Assembly (NCBI GenBank): GCA_003427395.1
Contig: BFEA01000042.1
Coordinates: 2,864,787 to 2,928,786 of the forward strand
Direction of reading: 5' to 3'
Source of the DNA: Chara braunii
Lineage: Eukaryota; Plantae; Charophyceae
Length of the DNA stretch: 64,000 nt
Position numbers and translations under genes: made by a program. Shown piece after piece: positions 1 to 15,998 of this stretch. Below the pieces are notes generated by a model. That model searched no databases. It saw only the letters and a program-made list of their open reading frames with translations, and was not told the origin of the DNA. Position 1 is the stretch's first letter. Each line of letters opens with the position of its first letter.

Positions 1-1918
1 CTTTCAGCAGGGATGTGGAGTTGAGCTTGAAATGCGACCTAGGCGGCAAGCTCCATAGAAGAAAGTTGATAGCCCTGGGATAATCTTACAGGTTCTCACA
101 CTTGATTCAGCAAAAGAGGGCGAAGTAGGGCGCCACCTAGACGTGTCTTTGTGCTTAGGGATATAATAACAGCAACCAAGATGACCTTTGCCATTCGAAG
201 GGGCCCGCTTGCAGGCCCCTATATTCATGTACTCCTTTTTGCACAAACCTAGTATAGCGTCTTCTTCCATGTTGATGACAGTAAAGCCTGAATTGTCCCA
301 AAACAACTGAGCAAGTGCCTGATGATATTAGATACTTTGGCAACACACCAGAGAGTCTGAGACTCCAGTATTGTGATCTATAGGGCAGACTACCAAGTCT
401 GCCACTTTCCCTTTCCACTCAGTCAAAGAGTCGTGACTAGAGTCAGCCTCAGTCGGCCGTTCCCTGAAACAGAGTGCCAAATTGCGGTTCGTCAATCGAC
501 TGGATCCTGGACAGCTAGACGTACCTGTTTCAATAACCCTTCTAATGGACCCCATCGAGACCAGTTCTTCCAAAGGAAGGACATTTTTCAAGTTGATCAG
601 GCACTTGGGTAAATCCGAAAACTCCGAAAACCGAAAGAAAACGTGTTCATCTTTGTTCCTAGGCAGACTCGAGTCACAAGTAGAACACTTGCAATCAAAA
701 GTCGTTGCTTTGGACATGAACCTGTGGACCTGTGGTTGTGCAGGTGGCTACCAACAGTCTTTTTGTCAGTCCACACAAATCTCAGTCGAGAGATCATGAA
801 ACCAGCAACACATTAGGGCTCGCATCTTCTTCGAATCTCCTTTTTTGTAACATTAATGATCTCCCGTTGGATCACGCTCTCGAAAAAAAACACATTTTAT
901 CGTGACAATCGTCAAACAATTGAACCCACATTTCAATTTCAGGACCCTTCCAACGACAACTTTCAAAATTGCTCTGGTCCTTCCATTTCCAAATGACTGA
1001 ATACAGTTATATAAAGTAATTAAGGCTTTGATTTCAAAGCTATAAAGCATCTTTCTCGACTGACGCATCTGTAGCAACGGTAATAAGACAAACTTCCTCT
1101 GTTGCGACAGATTCTTCAGCAGTCTTATATGTAGCACGCTGAATGTAACCCCTTCCCGGCAAATTGTCCTGATATCTTTCATAAACAACTTTTGGCCATC
1201 ATGCTCTATTATAGACCATCCCAACTGTTTTTTCAAATGGCCCCAACCTTCGTAAAAATAATACCCACCCCTAGTTCTAATAGTGGCAGCAAAACAGTCC
1301 GATTTGATGGCTTCTCCCAAAGTTATGCCAAGAGAGAATGTGACAGGTGACTTGTCAGGGAATAGAGAGCTGCCAGTTGAGACTTCCCAGGCCAGAAGAT
1401 GATTGCTACTAGTCGTGACTGGTTTGCATAAACCGTGCTTCGTTTCGAAAGTCCTTCTCTCTCTCTTCCCTTTCCTTCGTAACCAATGTTTCCGCCCTCG
1501 TTGTGTGTTGAGAGCTGGAGAAAACCTTGTCATACAGCTTCCTTCTACCTCGCTGAGTTCCTCAGAAGGTATGCTAACTAGTGGAATAGCAACGTAATTC
1601 TCCCACCCTTTAGCCACTAGCCATCTCCTTAGCTTATGGTACGTCTAGTAGAAAACGGGTTAGCATTCCCAGAGTATTCACCCCACCTCTCGGATATACT
1701 CGTGGTAGTAAATCCAATATATGTAGCTTCCATCCACAGTGACAGAAGGACATAGACGCAACAACCTTCCCCTTCACATATATCGTACCCTCCGTGCACT
1801 GAATCAACCCATTGATTGACGAATTTTAAACCCCACTTGATCTGCCAAGCCAGAACCAGCAGCACCACAAATAGTCTTAGTTTCTGCTCAAGCCAACACC
1901 TATCATTACCTTTCTTTT
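1..1918 (-). pseudogene. Penelope-like retroelement ORF2: N-terminal GIY-YIG endonuclease followed by RT (Naiad/Chlamys-type order); frameshifted and running off the window edge
   Basis: In order on the minus strand: GCCVYVLLS..ATYIGFT..ISERW.E (GIY-YIG), E....I..FSPALN-type motif, CKC..C....H motif, LVVCPIDHNTG (DKG-like), YYIPKHKDTSRWRP (RT motifs 1-2). Several stops and frameshifts. Confidence 0.8.
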
Positions 1919-1926
1919 CCCTGCTA

Positions 1927-3767
<1,841 letters not shown>

Positions 3768-3835
3768 CCCTGCTAGCCCTCTGCTGCCACAAATCCCTGA
3801 CCTGGTGCCATAACCACGTGGGGTCGTGGTAGGAC

Positions 3836-5678
3836 TCAAGAAGGGTTCTCTTCTTGAGTCTCCTCCGTCATTCCATTATCGTGCTCCTCCTCCTCTTCCT
3901 CCTCCTCCCCATATGCGTCTCTTACGCGGATAGCCGTCAAGTCTGCAACCGCCTGCTTTTTATTATGGTATTTAACCTTATCCTTGTTACACAACTCCAC
4001 TAACTCGTTCTTGTGTTTTGCCATGAGTACCTTCTCCATTTCTTCTCTATACTGTCTCCTCCCACCGGGGCCTGGGTTAGCAACCACGGCCTTACTTCCC
4101 TCTCTCACCCGATCGAACCAAAGACCAGGTGACGGACTAAGCCTAGCTGCCGATAGGCTCCCTGTCATGCACCTGGCTGTGCCAGCCACTGAGGCAAACA
4201 CCTCAGCGAGTAGACCCCTCGATCTAGCATTACCAACTGGAGTCTCTGCCTGTATACGTGACGTACCTGGGTTGTCTTGAGTCTGTTCATCTGCAGGGGT
4301 CGGCATACTACGTGTAACCGGACGATTAGGACAATGCCAGGTGCTCTTCTGCCCGAAGGGGCAGGCGGAGGAGAGGGAGGGGGAGAAGTATGGAGGTTAG
4401 ACCGTGATGTTTGCCCAGGCTGAGGGGGAATAGGAGGATGAGGGGGAGTTGGAGACCGTGCTGCAGGAGGTGAAATAGGTTGATCAGAAACTACATCTGG
4501 GGATAACAACAGTTGGACGATGAGGCTGCTGAGGAACGGCTGGAGGTGGAGGCTGACGAGGACCAGCTGGTGGTGGTGCAGCCGTTGGGGCGGTGAGCAC
4601 ATCGCGAACAGGCACAGGTTCCGCGCAAGATCCTCCTGCTGCGGTTCCGACCGGGGCACCCGGTGGAGCTGTAGGTGCAACCGACGCAGCCTGGACATGA
4701 TCTGCGAGGGGTGGGATGGCAGTGCTTCGATTAGAAGTTTCGATCCTCTCTATTTGCTGGTTCTGCGCCCATTCCATCATTTGATTCTGATGCGCCTGGG
4801 CACGCTGCACGTTATCAATATTCATGACCAGCAGTCGTGCGTCTAGAGCGCCCACTTCATTGACGCGCTGCCTTGGAGTAGAAGGCTGACGTGCTGCCTT
4901 GGAGTAGAAGGCTGTCCCGTCGGGACGCCTGTAATCTTGTCTTCAAGTTGTCCCTTTTTCTTGGCATTGTCAGCATTGCCTGCAGTATTATCTCCCTCAG
5001 TAGTATCACAATCCTTCCTCATGCCGATCTTTTCCCGCAACTTCCTATTAATATCCTCTTCTCTCTTCGTCTCCATTTCTTTCTTTTTTTCATCCATCAT
5101 CTTGGCCAACCGAGCCTCTTTTTCTGCCCCCTTCCGTGCTTCTTCCTCAATCCTTTTCGTCTCTGCATCCTTCGCAGCCCTTTCTTGTTCCTCCCTCATT
5201 CTACGCTCGTTTTCCAATCTACGGGATTCCCTTAACTCCCGATGATCATACACTAACTCACGTACTAGCGCCAGTAATTCTCCTTCGGCCGATCTGGGCC
5301 TGGAATTCCATGAGTTCCAGCCTGTCCCTCATTGGTACGGAACCATCTGACGTGGCTGATACGGAACAAGTGCATTAGAGAATCATGATACTGTTTCCAA
5401 TCCGTGAGCCATACCGTTAGTAACATAGGCTTGAGGTAGTGGAGGAGGAGGAGGAGGAGGGAGCGGAGGAGAGAGAGCAAGAGGGGGAGGGGAAAGAGAA
5501 GGAAAGTTGGAGGCAGATGGCGTAGGTAGAACAGATGATAAGGCGGCAGCAGATGGCAGCGGAAGCGCCGAGCCTCAGGGGCATACTGCTGTGAAGACTC
5601 TGTAGAGTACGTGGATTGATGACCCAATTTGTGACGTTCTTGACCGCCGTTTTTGACTAGCTGACAGCTATAATACAT
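3836..5678 (-). pseudogene. Probable ORF1 of the Penelope-like element (Pro-rich, coiled-coil, acidic tail), decayed
   Basis: Collinear minus-strand ORF pieces 5265-5678, 4843-5253, 4484-4855 and 3836-4306. They abut ORF2 once the hAT insertion is removed. Confidence 0.55.
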
Positions 5679-6348
5679 GAACTATACGGAAATTTGTGGA
5701 GTGTAGAGTAGCGTAGCGAGGAGCGTCATGAATTTTGGAAGTGGCGTCCTCGCCACACAAGCTCCCGAATTTCCAACTTGACAAAATGTTCAGCAGCTGG
5801 GAGGAGCCAGATTCCAGTCTGAGAGCGCTCCTGAACTTGCAAGCTCGCCCCGGCCTGTAACTCATCATTTTCGGCAGACATCCAACAAACCCACGGTGGT
5901 TTGGGCCCGAAGCTTCGAGAGCAGGTGTGGGGGGCCCATCCCCGTTAGAACATACCTTTTTTTTTTTTTTTTTTCTGAATGAAATTGAATCCTAGAACTT
6001 ATTTGGCCCTGAAAATGTCACCATCTGAGAACCCCAGACCCCCCTTGGTCCTTGGATGTATCTGAGGTTGGGCTAAGTGGAAACGGACCCTCAGGAGCTG
6101 AAGGACCCTCAGGAGCTAAAGCGGGGACATTCTTAGGGTCAAATAAGTAGGTTTTTATATCGTTCAAAAAAATACACAATGTCCGGTGGATGTTCAACTT
6201 GTTTTTTTGGGTCCTACTAACGTGAAACTCAGCCATTTCCTGAGCTGATTAGAGTGCCAGTGACCGCAGAGGGTTTGCTGTTGTTGAAAGAGCACATCTC
6301 TTTGATCCAGGTGGTGGTGAGAGAAACACCTGCAGTGGATTTAAGTTA

Positions 6349-7041
6349 GGGATAATTTGCAAAATACCCCCATAAGTTCAGATATATGCCAAAATGCCCG
6401 TAAAAGATGTGGGTAGAGTGGAATGACCCTCTGACAAAATAAATACTTTGTGAAATACCCCTGGTGTTGGTTGGACCCCCGTCTTTGCAATATACCACTA
6501 ACGGGCACCATCCAACTTTGCGAAATGCCCCAGTACTTGACAACTCTTCCTAGGCGCTTTTGCAAAAGGCCAAGGCCCAAATGGGGCGGTCCAGATTGCA
6601 AAGTTGCGCACCCACCTGACAGGGGCACAACACAAAAGATTTCGGGCCAAAAGGGCATTCCCCTCTACCCTGTGTTGCACCCGGTACGTCGTACGGGGGT
6701 TCTGTCGTACGGCCGTACGGCCGGTCCCGTACTAAGTGACGAGCCCCCCCAAAAAAAAAACGTAAAAAAAAAAAAAAAAGGGGATGTAGAGCTTTTCGTG
6801 CTCTAGACCCCCATATTTTTTTATTTTATTTTTTTGTCCTTTTTAATATTTAAAAAAAATAGAAAACATTGAAACGTGGAAAAGAGAAACAAAATATAGA
6901 AATAAAAATTGATTGATTGATTGATTGATTAATGAAAAAATAAAAATAAAAAAAATGATGCCGCGCACCTTTTTTTTTATTGATTTATTGATTGATTGGT
7001 TGGTTGGTTGGGGGAGGGTCGTCCCCCCCCCCCCAACACAC

Positions 7042-7089
<48 letters not shown>

Positions 7090-7135
7090 ACACATGTACA
7101 CACGCACACACACACACACACGCACACAAACACAC

Positions 7136-7186
<51 letters not shown>

Positions 7187-7305
7187 GTGTGTGTCTGTCT
7201 CTCGGTGTGTGTGCGCAGGAGAGATAGATAGATAGAGAGTGAGAGAGAGAGAGTATGTGTGTGTATGTGCATGCGTGTGTGGATGTGTGCGTGTGTGCGT
7301 GTGTG

Positions 7306-7371
<66 letters not shown>

Positions 7372-8489
7372 NNNNNNNNNNNNNNNNNNNNNNNNNNNNN
7401 NNNNNNNNNNNNNNNNNNNNNNNNNNNNNNNNNNNNNNNNNNNNNNNNNNNNNNNNNNNNNNNNNNNNNNNNNNNNNNNNNNNNNNNNNNNNNNNNNNNN
7501 NNNNNNNNNNNNNNNNNNNNNNNNNNNNNNNNNNNNNNNNNNNNNNNNNNNNNNNNNNNNNNNNNNNNNNNNNNNNNNNNNNNNNNNNNNNNNNNNNNNN
7601 NNNNNNNNNNNNNNNNNNNNNNNNNNNNNNNNNNNNNNNNNNNNNNNNNNNNNNNNNNNNNNNNNNNNNNNNNNNNNNNNNNNNNNNNNNNNNNNNNNNN
7701 NNNNNNNNNNNNNNNNNNNNNNNNNNNNNNNNNNNNNNNNNNNNNNNNNNNNNNNNNNNNNNNNNNNNNNNNNNNNNNNNNNNNNNNNNNNNNNNNNNNN
7801 NNNNNNNNNNNNNNNNNNNNNNNNNNNNNNNNNNNNNNNNNNNNNNNNNNNNNNNNNNNNNNNNNNNNNNNNNNNNNNNNNNNNNNNNNNNNNNNNNNNN
7901 NNNNNNNNNNNNNNNNNNNNNNNNNNNNNNNNNNNNNNNNNNNNNNNNNNNNNNNNNNNNNNNNNNNNNNNNNNNNNNNNNNNNNNNNNNNNNNNNNNNN
8001 NNNNNNNNNNNNNNNNNNNNNNNNNNNNNNNNNNNNNNNNNNNNNNNNNNNNNNNNNNNNNNNNNNNNNNNNNNNNNNNNNNNNNNNNNNNNNNNNNNNN
8101 NNNNNNNNNNNNNNNNNNNNNNNNNNNNNNNNNNNNNNNNNNNNNNNNNNNNNNNNNNNNNNNNNNNNNNNNNNNNNNNNNNNNNNNNNNNNNNNNNNNN
8201 NNNNNNNNNNNNNNNNNNNNNNNNNNNNNNNNNNNNNNNNNNNNNNNNNNNNNNNNNNNNNNNNNNNNNNNNNNNNNNNNNNNNNNNNNNNNNNNNNNNG
8301 GAAGGCCCCCGAAACGGGTCGTACGGCCATACGTACGGCCCGTACGACCGCCTGGTGGGCCGTGCGTACGGATGTACAGCCGTACATACTCCCCGTACTC
8401 GTATGGGGGGACACATAGGCTCTACCCACATTTTTCAGGGGCATTTTGGCATATATCTCAACTTATGGGGGTATTTTGCAAATTATCCC
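6349..8489. mobile_element. Non-autonomous Mutator-like element (MULE)
   Basis: ~70-bp TIRs starting GGGATAATTTGCAAAATACCCCCATAAG; 9-bp TSD TTTAAGTTA (6340-6348) / TTTAAATTA (8490-8498). Confidence 0.85.
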
Positions 8490-8758
8490 TTTAAATTAAC
8501 GTTTGCAGTTGGAATGGGCCTGGCTGCACTACTCTCCACATGCACAAATTTAAAGACAAAAGAGATGCCAATGTATCTTTCCATGTTGTAGTGGTGGATT
8601 CAGTCTCATTTTTTGCACATTTCTAGAGTAGTTCAGCGAGGCCCAATGTCTGTTTTTTTCCTGTACATGATTACTGTGTACTGTTTGATTCCCTTTTCCT
8701 GTTGAGACTCTGCTCTCTGAAGACTCTGCTCGTGTGAATGCCGGACTTCTGAAAATGA

Positions 8759-10214
8759 GGGAGTCTCCACACCACTCTTGAAGACTCTTTTTCAAGAGTT
8801 GCTGCATAGCCACACAGCCTCTCAACACTTGGGGCAGTCAAGAGCTGTCAGAGTGGCAGCCTCTTGAAACCCCCTTTCTTTCAAGAGGGTCTCTTGAAAG
8901 ATTGGAAACCCCAGCCTGCCTGCAACTTGTGCGTTTCCAAGCGTCCTTGGCCGAACCCTTGACGGACTTTCGATTTTCATTTTGAAGAGTTGTCAGGCCG
9001 TTATCCTGACGCCATGCAAAAAAAACAAAGCGGAATGACTGTCGTTTTTCATCTCGTGTCCAACGGCATCGCCCTTAAAGTTCGAGAGTGCTGTGTGGCG
9101 AGGGGCCGAAAACTCTTGAAAAGCCAACTCTTGAGAACGTGTGACAGCTCTTGACATATTTCCCCGTTTCAAGAGTGGTGTGGCGAGGTCCTGAGTCTTG
9201 CCGGACTTTTTTTTTTTTTGTCACTACTTCTCAAAATGATTACAGATGTCAGATTCTGACGGCACACATCATTCACACGAGCCAAGCCTTGTGTGTGCAA
9301 AGTCTCAACCGTGAAATGTTGTTTCACGAGCTCTCACTGCCTCTCATACCTTTTCAAGAGTTAGGGCCTGGCCACACTAAATGTGAAAAAGACAAAAATG
9401 TGGCGGGTGCATCTGGCCATGTTCTAGCAGGACGTTCATTCTCATTTTGCACATTTGGAGAGTTGTGAGGCCATGCCCTTACTTCTTCAAGAGTTTTTGG
9501 GCGCTGCCCTCACAGCAAGCACTCTTCAAAGGGTCATTCTGCTGGACAGAGGATGCAAAAAGACAACGTTACAGTACAGCTTTGTTTGCTTTCCAGTGGA
9601 GTCAGGATAAATTAAATGGGCCTCGCAACACCACTCTTGAAAACTCATTTCCAAGAGTTTCTGCGCTGCGTGGCCACACAGGCTCTCTTGAAACTTGGGG
9701 CTTTCAAGAGCTGTCAGAGTGGCTCAGAGTGGCAGCCTCTTTTTCAAGAGGGGCTGCTCTTGAAAGATTCGAAACCCCAGCCTGGCCGCCTGCAACTCGT
9801 GCTTTTTCAAGTGTCCTTGGCCGAACCCTTGAGGGACCATATTAGATTTTCAAGAGTTCTCAGGCCGTTATCCTGGTGACGGCCATTCGGGAGAAAAACA
9901 AAGCAGTAGGACTGTCGTTTTGCATCCTACATGGCCCCAGCCTTGCAGAAAGTTTTTGTCACCACGAGCAAAACTCGGAGGCGCCACGCGGCCAGGCCCA
10001 CCGTTGGAAAAAAAAAATTGGTGGCCTCCGAAGTGGTGCGGGTTTCGTGCTGACACCCGGGGGTCGATATGTGGTGTACGGGCACTTTAAGCACCATCAC
10101 CCTTTCAAGAGTGATTGCTCTGTGGCCAGAAACTCTCAAAAACGTAACTCTTGAAAGCGTCTGACAGCTCTTGAAACATTCCCCCGTTTCAAGAGTTCTG
10201 AGGCCACTGGGCCC
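8759..10214. mobile_element. Cluster of related Tourist/Harbinger-like MITEs rich in CTCTTGAA/TTCAAGAG motifs
   Basis: Two similar units (~8760-9190, ~9618-10210). Termini GGGCCTCGC.ACACCACTCTTGAAA and TTTCAAGAGTGGTGTGGCGAGG are complementary. Confidence 0.55.
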
Positions 10215-10398
10215 AAATTGAATGGTGAGTAAGTGCAACCAAGCACCTACTCGCCAAACTTGGCGGAGGGCGAGTGCTAGTGCAACCAGGCAGGCCCTAA
10301 CTCTCTATTCCTCTATTTCGAGAGTGGAGCTCCTCTCCACGTACTACTCTCGAAGTCTCCACTCTCAAAAATAGCTCGCAAGTCGTAGCAGCAGCCCC

Positions 10399-12476
10399 TT
10401 AGAGAGCAATCTTGTTCTTCCACAAGTGCTCGGCCTGCAGCACTCTCGAAAATAGGCAGTCCTCTCCGCTACCCTTGAATCCCCATGTGAAATAGAGAGT
10501 AGTCTGTTCTTTTTGCTCCCTTTTTTTGTGGCATTTTGTGCTGCGGAAAAAGGAAAGCAGTAGAAGAAGAAGGGGAAGTATTTCAGCATGGTTACGATCC
10601 AGACATCCAGACCACCATCCAGACGGTCCAGATCCAGACTTGTGTCGGGACGTCCGGTCTGGGAGGTCCGGATAGAGGCCAAATTGAAAAAAAAAGAAGC
10701 AAAAGTGGGTCGGCCAAGACACTTCTCAGCATAGAGGATGACACCCCAAAATTGTTTTGGTGAGCCCTTTTTTTTCAAGAAATAACTGCACAGGTGACCG
10801 GTGCACAGTTCCCAATTAGCAGGAAGGAAGAACAGTGACAGGGCACTGCGGTTCTGTCTGGGCTGAGGGAGGGCAGTTAGAAACTGCAAGAAGCAGAAAG
10901 ATTCTGAACAGCATTGTGCACTTCTAGCTGTTGGAAGTTTGGAAGTCACTGTGGCAAAATCAGGCGGCCACTTGTGTGTAATTTTTTTATTTTTTTTTTC
11001 CGTGCCTGCGACTTTATTCTTTTTTTCTCCGCCTGGCACCTGTAACTTTCTTGGTTTTTTTTTGCACCTGCACCTTTTTCTTTTTCTCTTCTTCTTTTTT
11101 CTTTTTTTTTTTCTTTTTCTTTTTTTTTTCCGCGCCTGCTTATGCCACGGCCGAGCTGTCTAGGCTACACCCGTGACTAGGCCATGGCAGAGATGCCTTG
11201 GCCACGCCCATGGCTAGGCCACGCCCGTAGCTGGGCCACGGGCGAGATGCCTAGGCCCTGCTACCGGTAAGTGCTCCCAGGCCAGGCCACAGGAAAAAGA
11301 GTGGTACCACTACCCCCACCTCCCATTTTTGCCAATTATTGAACCGGCAGGCCGTCGAACGCATGATTTACTGTTTTTCTTGCAGTTTCTAACTGGTCTT
11401 CGCCCGAGCTTGCAGTGGAGTGTTATTTCTGCGAATTCGGAACTCTGCAGCGGTCACAGGCGCAGTTGTCTCTTTCGTTCTTTTTAATGAAAATTTTGGA
11501 CCATTTCTCGATTTATGTGTGTTATCCTTAAAGTCTGCACAGGGGCCATGCTAATCTTCTCTGTATGGTTAGAAGTTTAAACCACCAGTAGTAGTAGAGA
11601 TGTAATCTCATGCAACACAGTGGCCATGCAAAGCATGAAAGCCAAACCAAACAAAGGGGAAGAGGGGAGAAGAAGGAGGAGAAGAAGAAGAAGAAATAAG
11701 CGGAATCCCCCGAGCGCGTCAGCTCGATAGATTTCCGAGAATAGCTGACCAAAAGAAAGATAATAGCGTTGAAACGCCGTAACTTGAAGCGCGGACTGGC
11801 GATTACCCTACACGTGTTTCGGCCAGTCCGCCAGTGTACTGGCCATCGTCAGGGGTGGCGCTGGTAGAAAACAACTGAAAAACCTAGACTATATAATAAG
11901 AACTACGAAAACTACAAGTACCCAAGACGGACGGAAGGACCTATTCTAGAAAGTTCCACAGAGGTCTATAACGGTCCCTTGGAGGTGCCGAAGTCGAACC
12001 ACAGCCTAAGAGGCCCAACTGGTAAAACATCTGACCCAATCGGTCCAGACCCCGCCAATTTTAACATTAAAATTTACAAGGGCCTTATCGAACAACGTAT
12101 CTGGGGTCCCCCTACGCAGGAGCTCCATCTTTAGCGCAAATAGAAAAGTAGCCTCCGTGGTTGGCAAAGTGCCCATACCATACGCCTTATAAAAAATGAA
12201 GATATAACAGCAATTTTCTGCTTCTTACTACAGAAGGAGTGAAAGTTCTGCAGATTATCATGATGGAAGACAATACCACCCCCCTTCAGAAGACTTGGCC
12301 CAGCTATCGGCCGGGGGAAAAAATAGAGTAGAAACATTTCTAGTCCTAAAATTGTGGCGCATTACAGGCACGACTCTAGGAAGTACTGGTGAGTCTGGTA
12401 AGGGGGGGGGGACATGGGCAAAAGTACGTTTGTGTGAGAGTTCTTTTTTTTAGTGTTACTGATTTGTTTTGTTTCC

Positions 12477-12515
<39 letters not shown>

Positions 12516-14401
12516 ATTATAGTGTGTAGTATTAGTCAGTGTAACCGACATTCGGGACGGGCACCTGAACCCTTGGGAATGCATTCGGCTGTTCGGGCCG
12601 AATGCGGACCCAAAAAAAAACAAAAACAAAAACGAAAACAAAACAAAAAAAAGGAAAAACTCAGAAAAATCTGAAAAAAACATATGTTATGCAGAAAGAT
12701 AAAATAAACAACATTCGCCTGAACATTACATCCAAATTCCTGACCAAATTTGAAATAAAAATAAAATACGGAAAATGAATACTAATAAGAAAAATAAGAA
12801 AAAATAAAATATGCAAAAATAAAATGAGAAAGTAGAGAATTAAAATTAGTAAGTGCGCAAGCCCGTTTTCGACACCGCCATCTTTGGCGATTTTTCATTT
12901 TTTTTTGGCATAGCCACATGCCTTGAAAATTTATATATGTGTACTACAGATAATAAAAAACTCATGAAAAAGGTTCAAAAATAAATAAAGTTGTTTAGTC
13001 CCCAAAATGAAGTGGAAACAAAACGTGAAACGTGAAAAAAAAAATAATTGTGAATGGGCGAGCATGTTTTGACACCTCCATCTTCGGAGATTTTTCATTT
13101 GTTTTTGGCTATGCAAAATGACTTCAAAATTTACAGGCATGTACCTCACATCATAGAGAACGCTCAAAACAAAACTCAGAAAAACAAAATTATTTTTAGA
13201 TGCCAAAATAATTTTTGGCGGGGGCCGAACCCCTTCAGGTTCGGACCCCGAGCGGGACCCCGAACGCCCGAACGTACGGAGGTCCGCCCAGGGGCCTCCG
13301 TACGTACGGGCTGGTAACCTTGGCATTAGAACTGTACTTAGTGTACTATATTCTCTCTCTTCCAAAAAAAGAATAGACCGACTGGTGCCTACAATCACCT
13401 AATATCTAAAATTGAACAGATTCTCAAACGACAGCTAACACTCCTTTGTGTAATTTGTTTGGTTGCTCTCAAATGCTTCTGCAACCTAAGACTCCAGTAA
13501 ATCAGGTCACCTTCCAATGGAATCTCGATGGACTCTCGATGGACTCTGGATGGACTCTTGATGGACTCTTGGTGAAATGGAGCAGTTTGTGTGTGCACCT
13601 CTTTTTGATTCAACTCGAAATCGAATGAGATGAGATTGAACCTGTGCCGCTAACCCCTTCGTGGCCTTGGACATGTAACCTAAAGAGTCATGCAAAACCC
13701 AATTATCTGTTTTTTTTTTTTTTTTGAAGCCCAGGTTGTTGTAGAGGCTGGATTGTCTCGGTATTTCTTACCGTGAAAACCAAGCCATGTTTGATTCTCA
13801 GGGCAGTATTTATGCTTGATTGTTGAACCGCGGCACCTGTGCTTTTTCATCTATTAGCTCAAAGACAAGATTCCGTAGTTACTGTACTAAGTACAACAAG
13901 TAATATATATATATATCGTCATATATACATATATATCTATATATAGAACTATAAATTGTATTACATTAACTATGCTTTTTGTTTTTCAGGTTTTTGTTGC
14001 AGTCAGACATTTCTGGACATCCCAGACAGTCAGGACTGTCCAGAGCAGACATGTCCGGATGTCTCAAAACGTCCAGAACTCCGGACATCCGGACAGCGAT
14101 GTGGCACCCTCGGCCGGGGAGGCTTGCCGCGACCCCGCAACCGAGTTTGCGCACGGCCAGGCGGAGCCGCGCGCCGGAGGTGGGGGTGTGTGCGCCGCCT
14201 GCGCAGGTTGGCCCCTGGCTCCACCGCCAAAAAAAAAAAAAGAAGAAGAAATATGGGGGAGGTCAATAATTTGGTTTTCAGAGGGGTTTTATAAAAAATA
14301 ACACCCCTCCCAAATCGCAAATTTGAAATTGTGGGGGGGTGGTACACTGGTACGTGTTGCGCAACCCCTACTTGGCAAAAAAAACCAAAAATTCGGTGAG
14401 G

Positions 14402-14482
<81 letters not shown>

Positions 14483-15931
14483 GTGTGTGTGGCCACCGCT
14501 NCCGAATTGCCCGAAGAAGAAGAAGAAGAAGAAGAAGATAAAGGGAGAAAAAAACCTGCAAGGAAGAAGAAGAAGAAAAATAAGAAAAAAAAAAGAGCAA
14601 AAAAAAGAAGAAGAAGAAGAAAAAGACAGGGAAGAAGAAAAAAGAAGAAGGAAAAAAAAAAAAAAAAACAGCAAGGAAGAAGAAGAAGAAGAAAAAAGAA
14701 AATTACCTGTGCAAAATTTTTAGGACCACTCTGACTCCATATCAGTCATGAAAAAAATGGGGAAAAGAAAATTCCTGCTTTTCTTTTAGTTATTTTTATT
14801 TTTTTCTTTTTAACCTATTTTCGTTTTTCAATTTTTTTTTTTCAATCGTACATCCAGTCAAATTTGAAACCAAAAATTATTGGGTTGAAGGAACCCTACA
14901 ACCCCATATATATATTTTTTGTTTTTCTACTTATTTTTTAACCAAAAAACAAATAGTTACCCCCAAAAAACAGGTTGCGAGGTAGGCCTTGTCGGCCGCG
15001 GCCGCGGCCTACTTTTCCCACCTCAGCCACGGATCTGCCCGCCGCCTAGGCCGCGGTTGTCAGTACCCGTACAGGTCCAAACGTGCGTCCCATCGGATTT
15101 CCGGTGACGTCCGGTTCCGGGTCCAGCGTAGCCATGCATTTCCAACACATCTAGCAAAGTGCTAATGTGAGTGATACTGAGTACGATGCCCTCGGACTCT
15201 GTCAGCGCATACTCACACTAGCACAGTGACTCTCTTAAATGTATCTGACTGCCTTTAAGGCCCTACGTGTCTGCATATGGCCGCAATTCTGTCCACAAAT
15301 GAGAAAGAAAAGTGCTCGTGTACTGTGTGAGTATGCCCTCAGAGTGCAATTGAGAAGCAGGACATCTCACCAGGTCCTGGACCTGCTGCTGGTCCGTCTG
15401 CCGCTCCAGGCTGATCATTATCATAATCATAAGCATATTATGGTCCTTCTGCAGCTCCTGGCTGATCATTACAGACCCGAGGACTGGGATTTGTTGTGAC
15501 AGTGGTCGTTGTTGTTGTTCTTCTTCTTCTTTTCTTTCTTTTATTTTTATTGATGTAGTTGATTTGTTCATCCATCGAGGGGTTACGCAGTTAAATCCCC
15601 AACTCTTTCCGTAAACAGAGTTTTTGCCTTTACTTTTCTCTCTGGAGACAGATGCATGAAAATCATCTTGTGCGTAAATAGAGGAGGAGGTGGGGGGGAG
15701 TCCGTTTTACCGAAATAGTTGGTGATTTAACTACACAACCCCTCAAAAAATGGACGAACAAATCACAGACATCAGTGAAAAGCAAAGAAGAAAAAGAAAC
15801 ATCATGTGGCAAACCATCAGTCCTATGTACCTTTCTCAGCCCCTTTTTTTTTTTCTTTTTTTTTTCGCTGCTCACGGGAAATCCCTTTTTGCTAAGATTG
15901 AGTGTAGTATCTGTTCTGATCCAGGGATTGG

Positions 15932-15998
<67 letters not shown>

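Noticed and set aside
6220-6260. Possible hammerhead upstream of the first Penelope-like element
   Set aside because: The GAAA-stem is not followed by a UH triplet and CUGANGA is not intact.
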